From: Vicinamibacteria bacterium
GTDB taxonomy: Bacteria > Acidobacteriota > Vicinamibacteria > Fen-336 > CBDFGD01
DNA length: 64,000 nt
Assembly: GCA_965246965.1 (NCBI GenBank)
Contig: CBDFGD010000001.1
Span: 516,705 to 580,704 of the forward strand
Direction of reading: 5' to 3'
Shown: positions 1 to 10,594 of the stretch, piece by piece
Position numbering within the stretch: the stretch's first letter is position 1
Layout: every line of letters begins with the position of its first letter
The notes under the pieces: generated by a model
The model's input: only the letters and a program-made list of their open reading frames with translations
What the model was told of the DNA's origin: nothing
The model's database searches: none
Translations under genes and position numbers: made by a program

Positions 1-1325
<1,325 letters not shown>

Positions 1326-1387
1326 CTATCCTCCCAGGGTCCGCGCCGGGTCCGAACAAACGCGACACCCTAGCATGGGGTCTCTCG

Positions 1388-1447
1388 GGTACCGCTTCGG
1401 GGCAGGCCACGCGGGTCGCTCGGGCACCGCTCCGGGGCAGGCCACGC
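1388..1447. repeat. Two-copy imperfect direct repeat (about 25 bp, ...CGGGGCAGGCCACGC)
   Basis: GGGTACCGCTTCGGGGCAGGCCACGC and GGGCACCGCTCCGGGGCAGGCCACGC in the intergenic region. Confidence 0.7.
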
Positions 1448-1449
1448 TG

Positions 1450-1482
1450 ACCAGGAGCAGCGGTTCTACCGCTGCTCCTGGT
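1450..1482. terminator. Perfect 15-bp-stem hairpin downstream of the YceI gene (terminator or REP-like)
   Basis: ACCAGGAGCAGCGGT-TCT-ACCGCTGCTCCTGGT; no U-tract follows. Confidence 0.55.
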
Positions 1483-1535
1483 ATCGCATTCAGCAAGGAG
1501 GCCTGCCCTACGCGGCAGCTCTCGCTCGGGCTGGC

Positions 1536-2147
1536 TCAGGAAGGTGCTTCTTCTTCCGTCTTCTGGTTGAGCTCGAGGTTGATCTCGACATCCACCTCGT
1601 CGCCCAGGACGACCCCGCCGGCGTCCAGCGTGCTGTTCCAGAGGATCCCGTAGTCCTTGCGGTTGAGCCGGGTGCGCGTCGAGAAGCCGGCTTTGGTTCT
1701 GCCGCGGTTGTCCTGCGCGAAGCCCAGGAACTCGACGGGCAGCACGACCGTCTTGGACACGCCGCGCATCGTCAGCTCACCCTCGACGTCGAACTCACCC
1801 TCGGCCTTCTTGGTGACCGAGGTGCTCTTGAACGTGATCTCGGCGTGGTTCTCGACGTCGAAGAAGTCAGCGCTCTGCAGATGGGTGTCGCGGCGCTCGC
1901 TGGCCGTGTCGACGCTCGCGGCCTGGATCGAGAACGCGACGCTCGACTTGGATGGAACTTCCTTGTCGATGACCACCTCGCCGGCGATCTCGTTGAAGCG
2001 GCCGCTCACCCTGGAAACCAAGTGGCGGATGCGGAAAGTGGCGTCCGAATGGTTGTTGTCGATCACGAAGGTCTCGGCGGCGAAAACCGGAGTGCACAGC
2101 GACAACGCCGCGATGAGCGCGATGGCGATCCTCGGGTACTGCTTCAT
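1536..2147 (-). CDS. YceI family polyisoprenoid-binding periplasmic protein
   Basis: Signal peptide; IDNNHS..F.IRH.VS.V.GRF, RDTHLQSADFFD, LNRKDYGI; GGAGG RBS before ATG 2147. Confidence 0.93.
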   Translation of the reverse strand: MKQYPRIAIALIAALSLCTPVFAAETFVIDNNHSDATFRIRHLVSRVSGRFNEIAGEVVIDKEVPSKSSVAFSIQAASVDTASERRDTHLQSADFFDVENHAEITFKSTSVTKKAEGEFDVEGELTMRGVSKTVVLPVEFLGFAQDNRGRTKAGFSTRTRLNRKDYGILWNSTLDAGGVVLGDEVDVEINLELNQKTEEEAPS

Positions 2148-2173
2148 GACGTCCTCCTTGAACAAAGTGGGCA

Positions 2174-3262
2174 TTAGGATACCCGTCCGCGGGCTGCGAC
2201 GCGCCAGGTGGCCTCTACGCGGTCGCCGTGGACGGCGTGGACCTGGTCGTGCAGGTTGGACACGACGCAAGAGTGATTCGGGAGCACCCGCACACGCTGG
2301 CCGACCGCGAATGTGTCGGCCTCGGCGACGTCGACGACGCCGTGCTCTTCGCTGAGTCGCGCCAGCGTGCTGCCGGTACCGACGATCGATCCGAAGCCGT
2401 CCGCGCCGGGGCGCAGCCCGTCGCTCGAGAGCGTTTTGCTGCCGGCGTCGAGGACGGCGCGCTTCGAAGCGGGGGAGCTGACCACGGTCGCGAGCACGGT
2501 CATCGTGCAGTCGTCGATGCTGCAGGTCCCCAGCGCTACCTGAGTGCGATCGTGGTACACGTAGTTACCGGGTCGCGCCTCGGTGACGCCTTCGACGGCC
2601 ATTGCGGAGCGTGCCGTGGGTGTCGAGCCGACAGACACGTGCTCCGCCGCAATTCCATCCGCACGCAGCGCTGCAGCGACGCTCACGACCGTCTCGCCCT
2701 CGGCCTTTCCAATGGCGGCAACGCGTTCGGGGGAGTCGGCGTGATAGCCGTGCCCGGCATGGGTGAAGACGCCCCGGAAGCTCAGCCCATCCAGAGCGGC
2801 GATCGCCCGGGCGACTTCCAGCGCATTCTCGGGGAGCACGCCGACGCGATGGAAGCCCGAATCGATCTTGAGTCGAACGTCGAGACTGCGGCCCGCCTTT
2901 GCGAACGCGGTCGCCAAGCTGGCGGCCCCGGCGACGCTGTCGACGCCGACTGAGAGGCGAGCGCGGTCGGCGAGGGCGAGCAGCCTCTGCGCCTTCCCCT
3001 TCCCGACGGTGGGGTAGGCGATGAAGATGTCGTCGAGCCCGGCGTCGGCGAACACTTCGGCTTCACCGACCTTGGCGAGGGAGATGCCGACGGCACCCGC
3101 CGCGAGCTGCATCCGGGCCACCTCGGGCAGCTTGTGGGTCTTGGCGTGAGGCCGCAGCCCCACGGCGGCTGCCCGAGCCGCATCGGCCATGCGCGCGATG
3201 TTCCGCTCGAGGACGTCGAGATCGACGAGGACGGCGGGTGTGTCGAGCTCGTCGATGTGCAT
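2174..3262 (-). CDS. Fold-type III PLP enzyme, DSD1/D-threonine aldolase-like
   Basis: LDTPAVLVD, RPHAKTHK (PLP lysine), GSTPT, RPGNY, LSEEHG, PNHSC. Confidence 0.9.
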   Translation of the reverse strand: MHIDELDTPAVLVDLDVLERNIARMADAARAAAVGLRPHAKTHKLPEVARMQLAAGAVGISLAKVGEAEVFADAGLDDIFIAYPTVGKGKAQRLLALADRARLSVGVDSVAGAASLATAFAKAGRSLDVRLKIDSGFHRVGVLPENALEVARAIAALDGLSFRGVFTHAGHGYHADSPERVAAIGKAEGETVVSVAAALRADGIAAEHVSVGSTPTARSAMAVEGVTEARPGNYVYHDRTQVALGTCSIDDCTMTVLATVVSSPASKRAVLDAGSKTLSSDGLRPGADGFGSIVGTGSTLARLSEEHGVVDVAEADTFAVGQRVRVLPNHSCVVSNLHDQVHAVHGDRVEATWRVAARGRVS

Positions 3263-3337
3263 GGGCGGAGCCGGAAGGCTAGCACGGCGCCGCCGTTACA
3301 ATGCGAGGCCGTGGCGTGACCAGGTGACGATGAGCAG

Positions 3338-3535
3338 GCCACAGAGACGCAGAGACGCAGAGAACGGCGGGTGCCGGTGACTAGCCATCCCGATCGGGGC
3401 CAGCTCGACGAACCTGGAGCTGCGCAGCCGCGGAGCCCCGGAGGGCTCGAAGATGCTGACCAACCGAGATCAGAGTCGGCAGTTACCTAGGGTTGCAGTT
3501 TCTCTGTGCCTCCTTGCCTCTGTGGCTTCCGTTGG
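3338..3535. repeat. Inverted pair of CACAGAG-type repeats in a divergent intergenic region
   Basis: CCACAGAGACGCAGAGACGCAGAG (about 3339) and CTCTGTGCCTCCTTGCCTCTGTGG (about 3502). Confidence 0.7.
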
Positions 3536-3547
3536 CAGGAGGTGCGA

Positions 3548-4642
3548 TTGAGCTGTAGAGCCGTCGTCATGAGCGGGCCCCACGCGCCGCTCGAAGAGCG
3601 GGACTTCGAGGTCCCCGCGCCCGAGCCCGGTGGCGCCATCCTGGAAACCATCGCAAGCGAGGTGTGTGGCACGGACGTTCACCTTCACCACGGACGGCTC
3701 GAGGGCGTGCCCTATCCCATCATCCCGGGGCACGTGAGCTGCGGCCGGATCGTCCAGCTCAATGGCCAGCTCCGTGACGTCCACAGAGAGCAGTTGGCGG
3801 AAGGGCAGGTCGTCACGTTCTACGATGTCCATCGGATCTGTGGAGCGTGCTGGCACTGTCTCGTCGCCAAGGCTGGAACGCGCTGCCCCAGTCGCAAGGT
3901 CTACGGAATCACTACGAGCGCCGACGACGGCCTGCTCGGCGGCTGGGCCGAGCGGATCGAGCTGAAGCCCGACGTCCGGGTCGTGCCGCTCCCGGACGGC
4001 GTCTCTCCCGAAGACTTCATGGGCGGCGGGTGCGGTCTTCCGACCGGCTTTCACGCCGTCGAGCGCGCGGCTGTCTCTCTGGGCGATCGCGTCGTCGTGC
4101 AGGGGAGCGGGCCGGTCGGGCTCAACGCGGCGATCTTCGCCGAGCTCTGCGGGGCCCTCGAGGTGTTCGTGGTCGGCGCTCCGGTCGCGCGCCTCGAGGT
4201 GGCGCGGCAACACGGGGCCAGCGACGTTCTCGACATCACACAGGCAAAGCATGCCGCGGACCGTATCGCCTGGGTTCGCGAACGCACGCAAGGTCGCGGA
4301 GCCGACGTCGTCATCGAGGCCAGCGGGAACCCGGACGCAGTCGTCGAGGGCCTCGAAATGGTGCGCGACGCGGGCCGCTACGTGGTCGTCGGCCAATACA
4401 CCGACGCAGGGGAGATCTCCATCAACCCGCACGCCCACATCAACCGCCGCCACGCGACGGTGCTGGGTTGCTGGGGCTACGAGTACACGCACCTCTACAG
4501 GTCGCTGGCGCTGCTTCAGAAGCACAACCACCGATTCCGCTGGCGGCAGATGATCACGCGCGAGTACTCGCTGGGGGAGGCGGCGCGGGCCCTCGAGGAC
4601 ATGGAGCGCCTCGCGGTCGTCAAAGCGGTCATCCGACCGTGA
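3548..4642 (+). CDS. Zinc-binding MDR alcohol dehydrogenase family
   Basis: VCGTDVH, PGH, structural-Zn CGACWHC..C, GSGPVG; TTG start after GGAGG. Confidence 0.92.
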   Translation: MSCRAVVMSGPHAPLEERDFEVPAPEPGGAILETIASEVCGTDVHLHHGRLEGVPYPIIPGHVSCGRIVQLNGQLRDVHREQLAEGQVVTFYDVHRICGACWHCLVAKAGTRCPSRKVYGITTSADDGLLGGWAERIELKPDVRVVPLPDGVSPEDFMGGGCGLPTGFHAVERAAVSLGDRVVVQGSGPVGLNAAIFAELCGALEVFVVGAPVARLEVARQHGASDVLDITQAKHAADRIAWVRERTQGRGADVVIEASGNPDAVVEGLEMVRDAGRYVVVGQYTDAGEISINPHAHINRRHATVLGCWGYEYTHLYRSLALLQKHNHRFRWRQMITREYSLGEAARALEDMERLAVVKAVIRP

Positions 4643-5430
4643 GCGAGTCGCCGCGCAGCGTTGCCGGCTGGGCCAATCCTGGATGGCTCGTAGGGGCGAT
4701 GGTGGGCCTCATCGCCGTCGAGCTGAACCTGTTCTCCCTCGTTTCCTATTGGGGAGATCGAGCACTTTGGGTTCCGATCATCGCGGTGTCGGGTTCTCTG
4801 CTCTGGCTGACTCGATTGCGTCCGGCGCTCATCGCTGGGGCGGTATTGTTTGCGGCTCTGTGGCTCACGGTCGTCTTCACCCCTCTCACGAAGTGGCTGG
4901 CGCGGGATCTCGTCAGGCGCGACGCTCTGGTCGACGCCGACGCCATCTACGTCCTGGCTTCGAGCATCCAGAGAGACGGGGACCTCACGAGCTCGGCGAT
5001 GAGCCGACTCTTGCACGGCTTCGAGCTACTGGCCTCGGAGAAGGCGCCTCGGCTGATCCTCGCCGATCTGGCCGAGCCGAGTCCCTCGTATGAACCCACG
5101 GCTCGCCGGATGATGGCGAGCCTCCGGATCGACGGCGAGCTGATCGTGCTCGGACCCGTCCGACGTACGAGGGACGAAGCGGTGGCCGTGGCCGCGCTCT
5201 TTCGGGAGCGAAGCTTCGAGCGGCTGATCCTCGTGACGTCGCCCACTCACTCGAGAAGGGCGAGCGCCAGCTTCGAACGGGAGGGGCTCACGGTACTGTC
5301 ATCGCCCTCTCGCGAGACGAAGTGGGACCTCGAGACGCTCCGGAAGCACGACGATCGGGTGGCGGGCTTCGGCTCCGTGGTGCACGAGCGCGTCGGCCTG
5401 CTCTTCTACCGCATGCGGGGCTGGATCTAG
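4639..5430 (+). CDS. YdcF/DUF218 family membrane protein
   Basis: N-terminal TM helices, DAIYVLA, RTRDEA, LVTSPTHSRRA, HERVG; GTGA overlap with the upstream gene. Confidence 0.85.
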   Translation: MSESPRSVAGWANPGWLVGAMVGLIAVELNLFSLVSYWGDRALWVPIIAVSGSLLWLTRLRPALIAGAVLFAALWLTVVFTPLTKWLARDLVRRDALVDADAIYVLASSIQRDGDLTSSAMSRLLHGFELLASEKAPRLILADLAEPSPSYEPTARRMMASLRIDGELIVLGPVRRTRDEAVAVAALFRERSFERLILVTSPTHSRRASASFEREGLTVLSSPSRETKWDLETLRKHDDRVAGFGSVVHERVGLLFYRMRGWI

Positions 5431-5454
5431 CGTCCACCTCCGGAGTCGCGGCCA

Positions 5455-5502
5455 CAAACGGAAGCCACAGAGGCACGGAGGCCACTGAGCACGCACAGAG
5501 GA
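5455..5502. repeat. CACAGAG-type repeat
   Basis: AACGGAAGCCACAGAGGCACGGAGGCCACTGAGCACGCACAGAG; near reverse complement of the copy at about 3502-3533. Confidence 0.7.
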
Positions 5503-5647
5503 ACGGCAAGCCCCGATCGGTGGCCATCCGGATCGAGAGGCTTGTGGAGGAGAGCGAGTGGTTCCGTCGCTAAGCGTCGAACTCTCATTGGTGTTGGAGG
5601 GCGATCAGTAGCTGACGTGAATAAGGTCAGCGCCCCGATGGGGAACG

Positions 5648-6100
5648 TCAGGACGCCAGCGATCTCGCGGCGAAGAGCAGCGCGGCGACCGCCGCGTGGA
5701 GCGCGTGCCCCGCCATTCAAAGCGGACAGGGCTCCTTGAGCACCACGACAAGCGCGTAGATGAGGTAGCCGCCCACCACCAGGCTGCCGAGCGCTACGAC
5801 CAGGAACCCCATCGGGACGACGAGCGTCCCCGACGCGAGCCAGTAGCCCGCGAGGGCGAATAGGGCGACGACCCAGAGGACCCCGACCACGACGTTGGGA
5901 GCCCCGGCGAAGAGCCGCGCGTAGGGGGTCTCGACCACGATCGCACAGCTCGACGTGTCGGCCCCGCACGCGTTGAACAGCGCGGAGAGTCTGCTGCGCA
6001 GTCCGGGGCAGCACTTCAGCACGAGGCTGGCGAAGTAGACGTTGATCAGGAGCGCTGGGACCGACAGCGCGATCAGCGCCAGGGCCAGGCCGACGACCAT
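5648..6100 (-). CDS. Vitamin K epoxide reductase (VKOR) family protein, probable selenoprotein (CxxU, in-frame TGA at 5717-5719)
   Basis: Loop cysteines CGADTSSC, then VVETPYARLFAGAPN and TM helices. Continues ...KEPCPL-TGA-MAGHALHAAVAALLFAARSLAS-stop (5648), which completes the VKOR CxxC...H helix. Confidence 0.8.
5668..5716 (-). promoter_or_regulatory. Candidate bacterial SECIS element
   Basis: After UGA: stem CGCGGC-[GGUC]-GCCGCG with the loop starting 27 nt downstream; lower stem GGCGGGGCA/UGCUCUUCGCC. Confidence 0.7.
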
Positions 6101-6729
6101 CAGAAACGCAGCGCGAGGGTGCGGTTCTCGGCCTGGAGGAACAGCTCGACCTCGGCCTCGTCGATTCGCACGACCTCGATTCCGTCGAACACGTCCCCCT
6201 CCCTCACGAGCCGGCCGCTCACGATGGCCACGGGGCCCCCGTCCCGCACGGTGATCGCTTCGAGGCGCAGCTGCTCGGGCTCGGACGGCGGCGGGGTGTC
6301 CAGGTTGCCTCGGGCCGTCGCTGCCGGCTTCGGGTCGGGCTCCTCATTATCTGAGCCGGAGCCCGGCTCGCCCGACGCGTTCGCGATTCCGGCCGGGACT
6401 ATCGCAGGCGGAACCACCGCGAGATCGCCCGGTAGGACGGTGGGGCCATCCGGTGTGCGAGCCGAGCGGCCCTCGGCGGCGGGCCGATCGCTTCCAGCCT
6501 GCCCGGCGGCAACGGTGGGTTTGGCGGGAACGGGCTCGGCGACGTCCCTCGTCCACCACCAGGCGGCCACGCCCAGGAGCAGGACGCCGATCGAGGCGGC
6601 TCCGACCAGCGAGCCGCTGACGCCGCGACGGCGGCCATCGATGCTCCCGGCGCCGACGATCAGCATCCCCGTTTTCGGAGCTCGCTTCTCCTTGTTGAGC
6701 TTGTTGAGGGCGTCGAAGATGACGCTCAC
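6100..6729 (-). CDS. ExeB/GspB-like protein
   Basis: MSVIFDALNKL N-terminus, single TM, Pro-rich linker, C-terminal LRLEAI...AIVSGRLVREGD..DG..V..I; overlaps the exeA-like stop. Confidence 0.75.
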   Translation of the reverse strand: MSVIFDALNKLNKEKRAPKTGMLIVGAGSIDGRRRGVSGSLVGAASIGVLLLGVAAWWWTRDVAEPVPAKPTVAAGQAGSDRPAAEGRSARTPDGPTVLPGDLAVVPPAIVPAGIANASGEPGSGSDNEEPDPKPAATARGNLDTPPPSEPEQLRLEAITVRDGGPVAIVSGRLVREGDVFDGIEVVRIDEAEVELFLQAENRTLALRF

Positions 6730-8245
6730 GGTTCCCCCGTGCTCAGACGAGGGGCGGATATGCCCCGCGCGCATACAGGGCCATCAGGGTCCGCTCGCCC
6801 ACGAGGCCGTCGGGCGCCAGCTCGGCGTCGTCCTGAAAGCGCGTCACAGCAGTCTGGAGGTCGATGCCCTCCTCCAGGTAGCCGAGTCGGTCCAGCGACT
6901 GCCTCCCAGGTGGCACTTTGCGCCGGGTCGCCGGCCGCCGCCACGGCGTCGTAGTCGTGCCAAAGAAACACCGCGCGGCGGGTCCAGAGCCGATCGAGCT
7001 CGTCGAGCTTGACCCATCGGGCCGTGTCGTCGGCCCCGACCACTCGGGTGCTGTCGCCCTCGATCGAGAGCAGCGCCACGAAGGAGGTCTCGGGTCGGGC
7101 CGGGTGGAACATCTCGAGAATCACGGGCAGGTCGATCCTGCGGAGCGCATCGAGGTGAGTCCGCAGTTCCGTGCGCTGTGTCGGGCGCTGCTGCCACTGC
7201 TCCCCGACGGCGCGAACCGCGGCCTGGTAGGACTGCGGGCCGGCCTGCTCACGAACCAGCGGCTCGAGCGGCTCGGTCGCTGGGCCGGTCGCCGCGCGAG
7301 CAGCGGCAGGAGACGAGGGGGCGGATCTTGGCGCGACTTGCCGCTCTTCGTCCGGCGATCGCCCCCACAGAGCCACGCCGGCGATCAGCACAGTGAGTCC
7401 CGCAGCCACGACCGCTCGTGTGGGGAAGCGGCGGAGCGGCATCCCACCCTGCACCTCGCTCGAGGCTCGGGTCACGAGGGCAGCGTCGATGACACGTGTC
7501 CCGTCGACGTAGCCGGCCAGCAGAGCGCGGTCGGCGATCAGGTTGATCACCCGCGGGATACCGTGCGAGGCGCGATGCACGGCCGAGTGAGCCGTGGAGG
7601 TGAACTCGACCTTGCCGGCGCCCCCGGCGACGCGCAGGCGGTGGACCACATAGTCCTCGGTCTCGGCACGGTTCAGGGGAGTGATGTGGTACCAGGCCGT
7701 CACCCGCTGAGCCAGCTGGCGCAGCTCGGGGCGAGCGAGTATCTCCCGAAGCTCGGATTGACCCATCAGCACGATCGTCAGCAGCTTCTCGGTGTCGGTC
7801 TCGAGGTTCGAGATCAGGCGGATCTGCTCGAGGACCTCCGGCGAGAGGTCCTGCGCCTCGTCGATCAACAGCAGCACGTTGCGGTCGCGGCGCCGTGTGT
7901 CGAGTAGGAACTCCGAGAGCGCGTCGATCTGGTCCTTGAGCGAGACACCCGCCGCCTCGATGTGGAGATCGTCGAGGATCGAGCGCAGCAGCTCGACCGC
8001 GGTCAGTGCCGGGTAGAGGACGACAGCGGTGGCCGTCTCGTCGTCGATCTGCTGAGAAACGAGCGCGCCAGCGTCGTCTTGCCGGTTCCGACCTCGCCGG
8101 TGATCACGACGAAGCCCCCGCGCTCTCGTCGGCCGAACTCCAGGTGGGCGAAGGCCTCGGCGTGGCGCGCAGAGGGGTAGAGGAATTTGGGGTCCGGCGT
8201 CAGATTGAAGGGCTTCTCGGAGAAGCCGTAGTGATCGGCGTACAC
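6726..8245 (-). CDS. ExeA/GspA-like AAA ATPase with C-terminal peptidoglycan-binding domain (frameshifts at about 8055 and 6905)
   Basis: YGFSEKPFNLTPDP, GEVGTGKT, IDEAQ, GQSEL, GIPRVIN; alternate frame gives FQ...LAPDGLVGERT (PG-binding motif). Confidence 0.88.
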
Positions 8246-8304
8246 TGCGAATCCTCGGGCGACATCGAGTATAGCACTCGCCACTTTTCGAGCCCGCGAG
8301 CGCG

Positions 8305-9520
8305 ATGAAGGAGATCCGCGTCACCGCAATGCGCCGCCTGAAGTCGATCTCCGCCAACCTCGCCCTGGGCCTCGCGGGATGCGTGCTGGCCGTGCTGCTG
8401 GCCGAGGCCGCGTTGCGCCTCTTCGACCCGATTCCGCAACGTCTCCGCGGCGACCTGCTCCAGTTGCCACGCGACATCCAGTACACCATCGAGAACACGC
8501 ACAATCCGAAGCTGGCGGATCGCATCGTCCACACCAAGAACGCGCTTGGCTTCCGTGGCCCGGAGCTGCCCTGGGAGCGCCGGGCGCTGGTCGGCTTCGC
8601 CATGGGCGGCAGCACGACCGAGTGCTACTACCTCGGCGACGGCCTCGACTGGCCGAACCGGATGGGGGAGAAGCTGAGGCTCGCGTTCCCCGGCTTCTGG
8701 ATCAACAACGCCGGGCTCGATGGCCACTCGACGTACGGCCACAGGCTGCTGCTGGAACAGCGCCTGCTGCGGCTCGAGCCGGACCTCATCCTGTTCCTGG
8801 TCGGCGCCAACGACATCGGTCGCGGTGATCTCGAGGCCTACGACGCGATCGATATGAGCGCGGCTTCGCGCGAGGCGAGGACGTCCCGTCTCACGAGGGC
8901 CGCTCGGCACAGCGCTCTCCTCTCGCTGCTGCTCAACGTGTGGCGGAGCCAAGAGGCGCGCTCGCGGGGCATGAGTCACGAAGCGCTGGATCTGGCCGCG
9001 ACGCCGACGCTGCCGTTTCGGGAGCAGGCGGTGCGCCGACTGCTGGCCGGTCACGGGCGGCTTCCTGCCCGACTACCGACGCCGGCTCGAGGCGCTCGTC
9101 GATGACGCCGCGCGAGGCGGAGCGCTCGCCGTGCTCGTGACCCAGCCCGCCCTCTTCGGCCCCGTCGTCGACGACGTGACCGGCGTCGATCTCGGTCTGA
9201 TCGCGATGGGAGACCACGGCTGGAACACCGGGCGCAAGTGGAACGGGGCGATGGCGTGGCGCATGTTCGAGCGCTACAACGACGTCACCCGCGATCTCGG
9301 ACATGAGCGCGGCGTGCCGGTCATCGACCTGGCGAAGCTGCTGCCCAAGAGCAGCCGGCTCTACTACGACACGCTGCACTTCTCGGCCGAGGGGGCCGAC
9401 GTCGTCGCGGGCGTCGTGGCGAGAGAGCTTTGTCCGATCCTGGCCGAGCGATTCCCAGACCGGCGCGGTGGGGATTGCTCGATACTGACGCCGCGAGCGG
9501 CGGCGGGAGGAGGAGCCTGA
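8305..9520 (+). CDS. SGNH/GDSL hydrolase family protein (frameshift at about 9060)
   Basis: GGSTT, NAGLDG, GAND; the C-terminal YYDTLHF lies in the second frame. Confidence 0.82.
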
Positions 9521-10353
9521 TGGAGATTCCGCGATTCTGGGCCAAGGAGGGCGCTCAAGCGCCGACCCCTCAGGGCAGGACGATCTTCTTCTCGTGCTGG
9601 CGCTGGTCGAATGAGAGCTTCGAAGAGGCCCGCGCGGAGGCCCGCAGAGTCGCCGCCCGGGTCCGCGATCGAATCGCCCGAGGCGAGCCGCTTCCCGAGC
9701 GCTACGCGTACGGCACGCGGCCCCTGCGCGAGGAGCGGCTGCGAGATGTTTCCGGGCCTGACGACGAGCTGGCCGCCGTGCTGACTCGCAACACCTACGG
9801 GAGCGTGATCCTCAACGCCCGGGGAGCCCTGTTCGTCGACTCCGATCGAAAGCCCGGCGCCTTCTCCGGTCTGCGAAGGTTTTTCGGGGGCGCGCCGAAC
9901 GACAGCACCCTCGAGAAGGCCGAGTCGGTCGTCGCCGAGAACCCGAAGCTCGGTCTGCGGGTCTACGCCACCAAAGCCGGCGCGCGATATCTGGCGACGA
10001 ACCGCCTGTACGACCCGAAGGCGGCGGAGACGACCCGTTTGATGGAACGCCTCGACGTAGATCGCAGCTACCTGCATCTGTGCCGGGTGCAGGGGAGCTT
10101 TCGCGCGCGCCTCACACCCAAGCCGTGGCGCTGCGGGGTGGGGAAGCCGCCGACCCGGTTCCCCTTTGCGTCGTCTCGAGAGGAGCGGCAGATGCGCGAT
10201 TGGACCCGCTCCTACGACCAGCCCTGTGAGCAGCGAGCCAGCTGCCGGTTCCTGGGCTCGGTCGGGAATCCGAAGCTGGATCCGGAGCTGGCGAAGCTCG
10301 TAGAGCTGCATGACGACATGACGCGATCCGGGTCCGGTCTCCCGCTCGCATGA
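9520..10353 (+). CDS. Conserved hypothetical protein
   Basis: TGATG coupling, strong RBS, protein-like sequence (RNTYG, FVDSD, FRARLTPKPWR). Confidence 0.8.
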   Translation: MEIPRFWAKEGAQAPTPQGRTIFFSCWRWSNESFEEARAEARRVAARVRDRIARGEPLPERYAYGTRPLREERLRDVSGPDDELAAVLTRNTYGSVILNARGALFVDSDRKPGAFSGLRRFFGGAPNDSTLEKAESVVAENPKLGLRVYATKAGARYLATNRLYDPKAAETTRLMERLDVDRSYLHLCRVQGSFRARLTPKPWRCGVGKPPTRFPFASSREERQMRDWTRSYDQPCEQRASCRFLGSVGNPKLDPELAKLVELHDDMTRSGSGLPLA

Positions 10354-10594
10354 GCGGTTCGCACGAGTCGGGAGGCGCATGATCGAGACGATGTTGATCC
10401 GCCGCATGCGATCTGATGGCGGGTCTGTGCTTCTGCGTTTCCCTCAGCGTCGGAAGCCTCGTAGGGAAGCTGTGGTGGACCTCGAGCGACCGGTTCCGGT
10501 AGATCAACGCGTCCCGTAGCCTCCGGGCTCGAGCCGCCGTCGAGCGGCTCTCGGGGCGGTGTATCGTTGCGGGAGCGCGAACGCGGGAGGTGGT

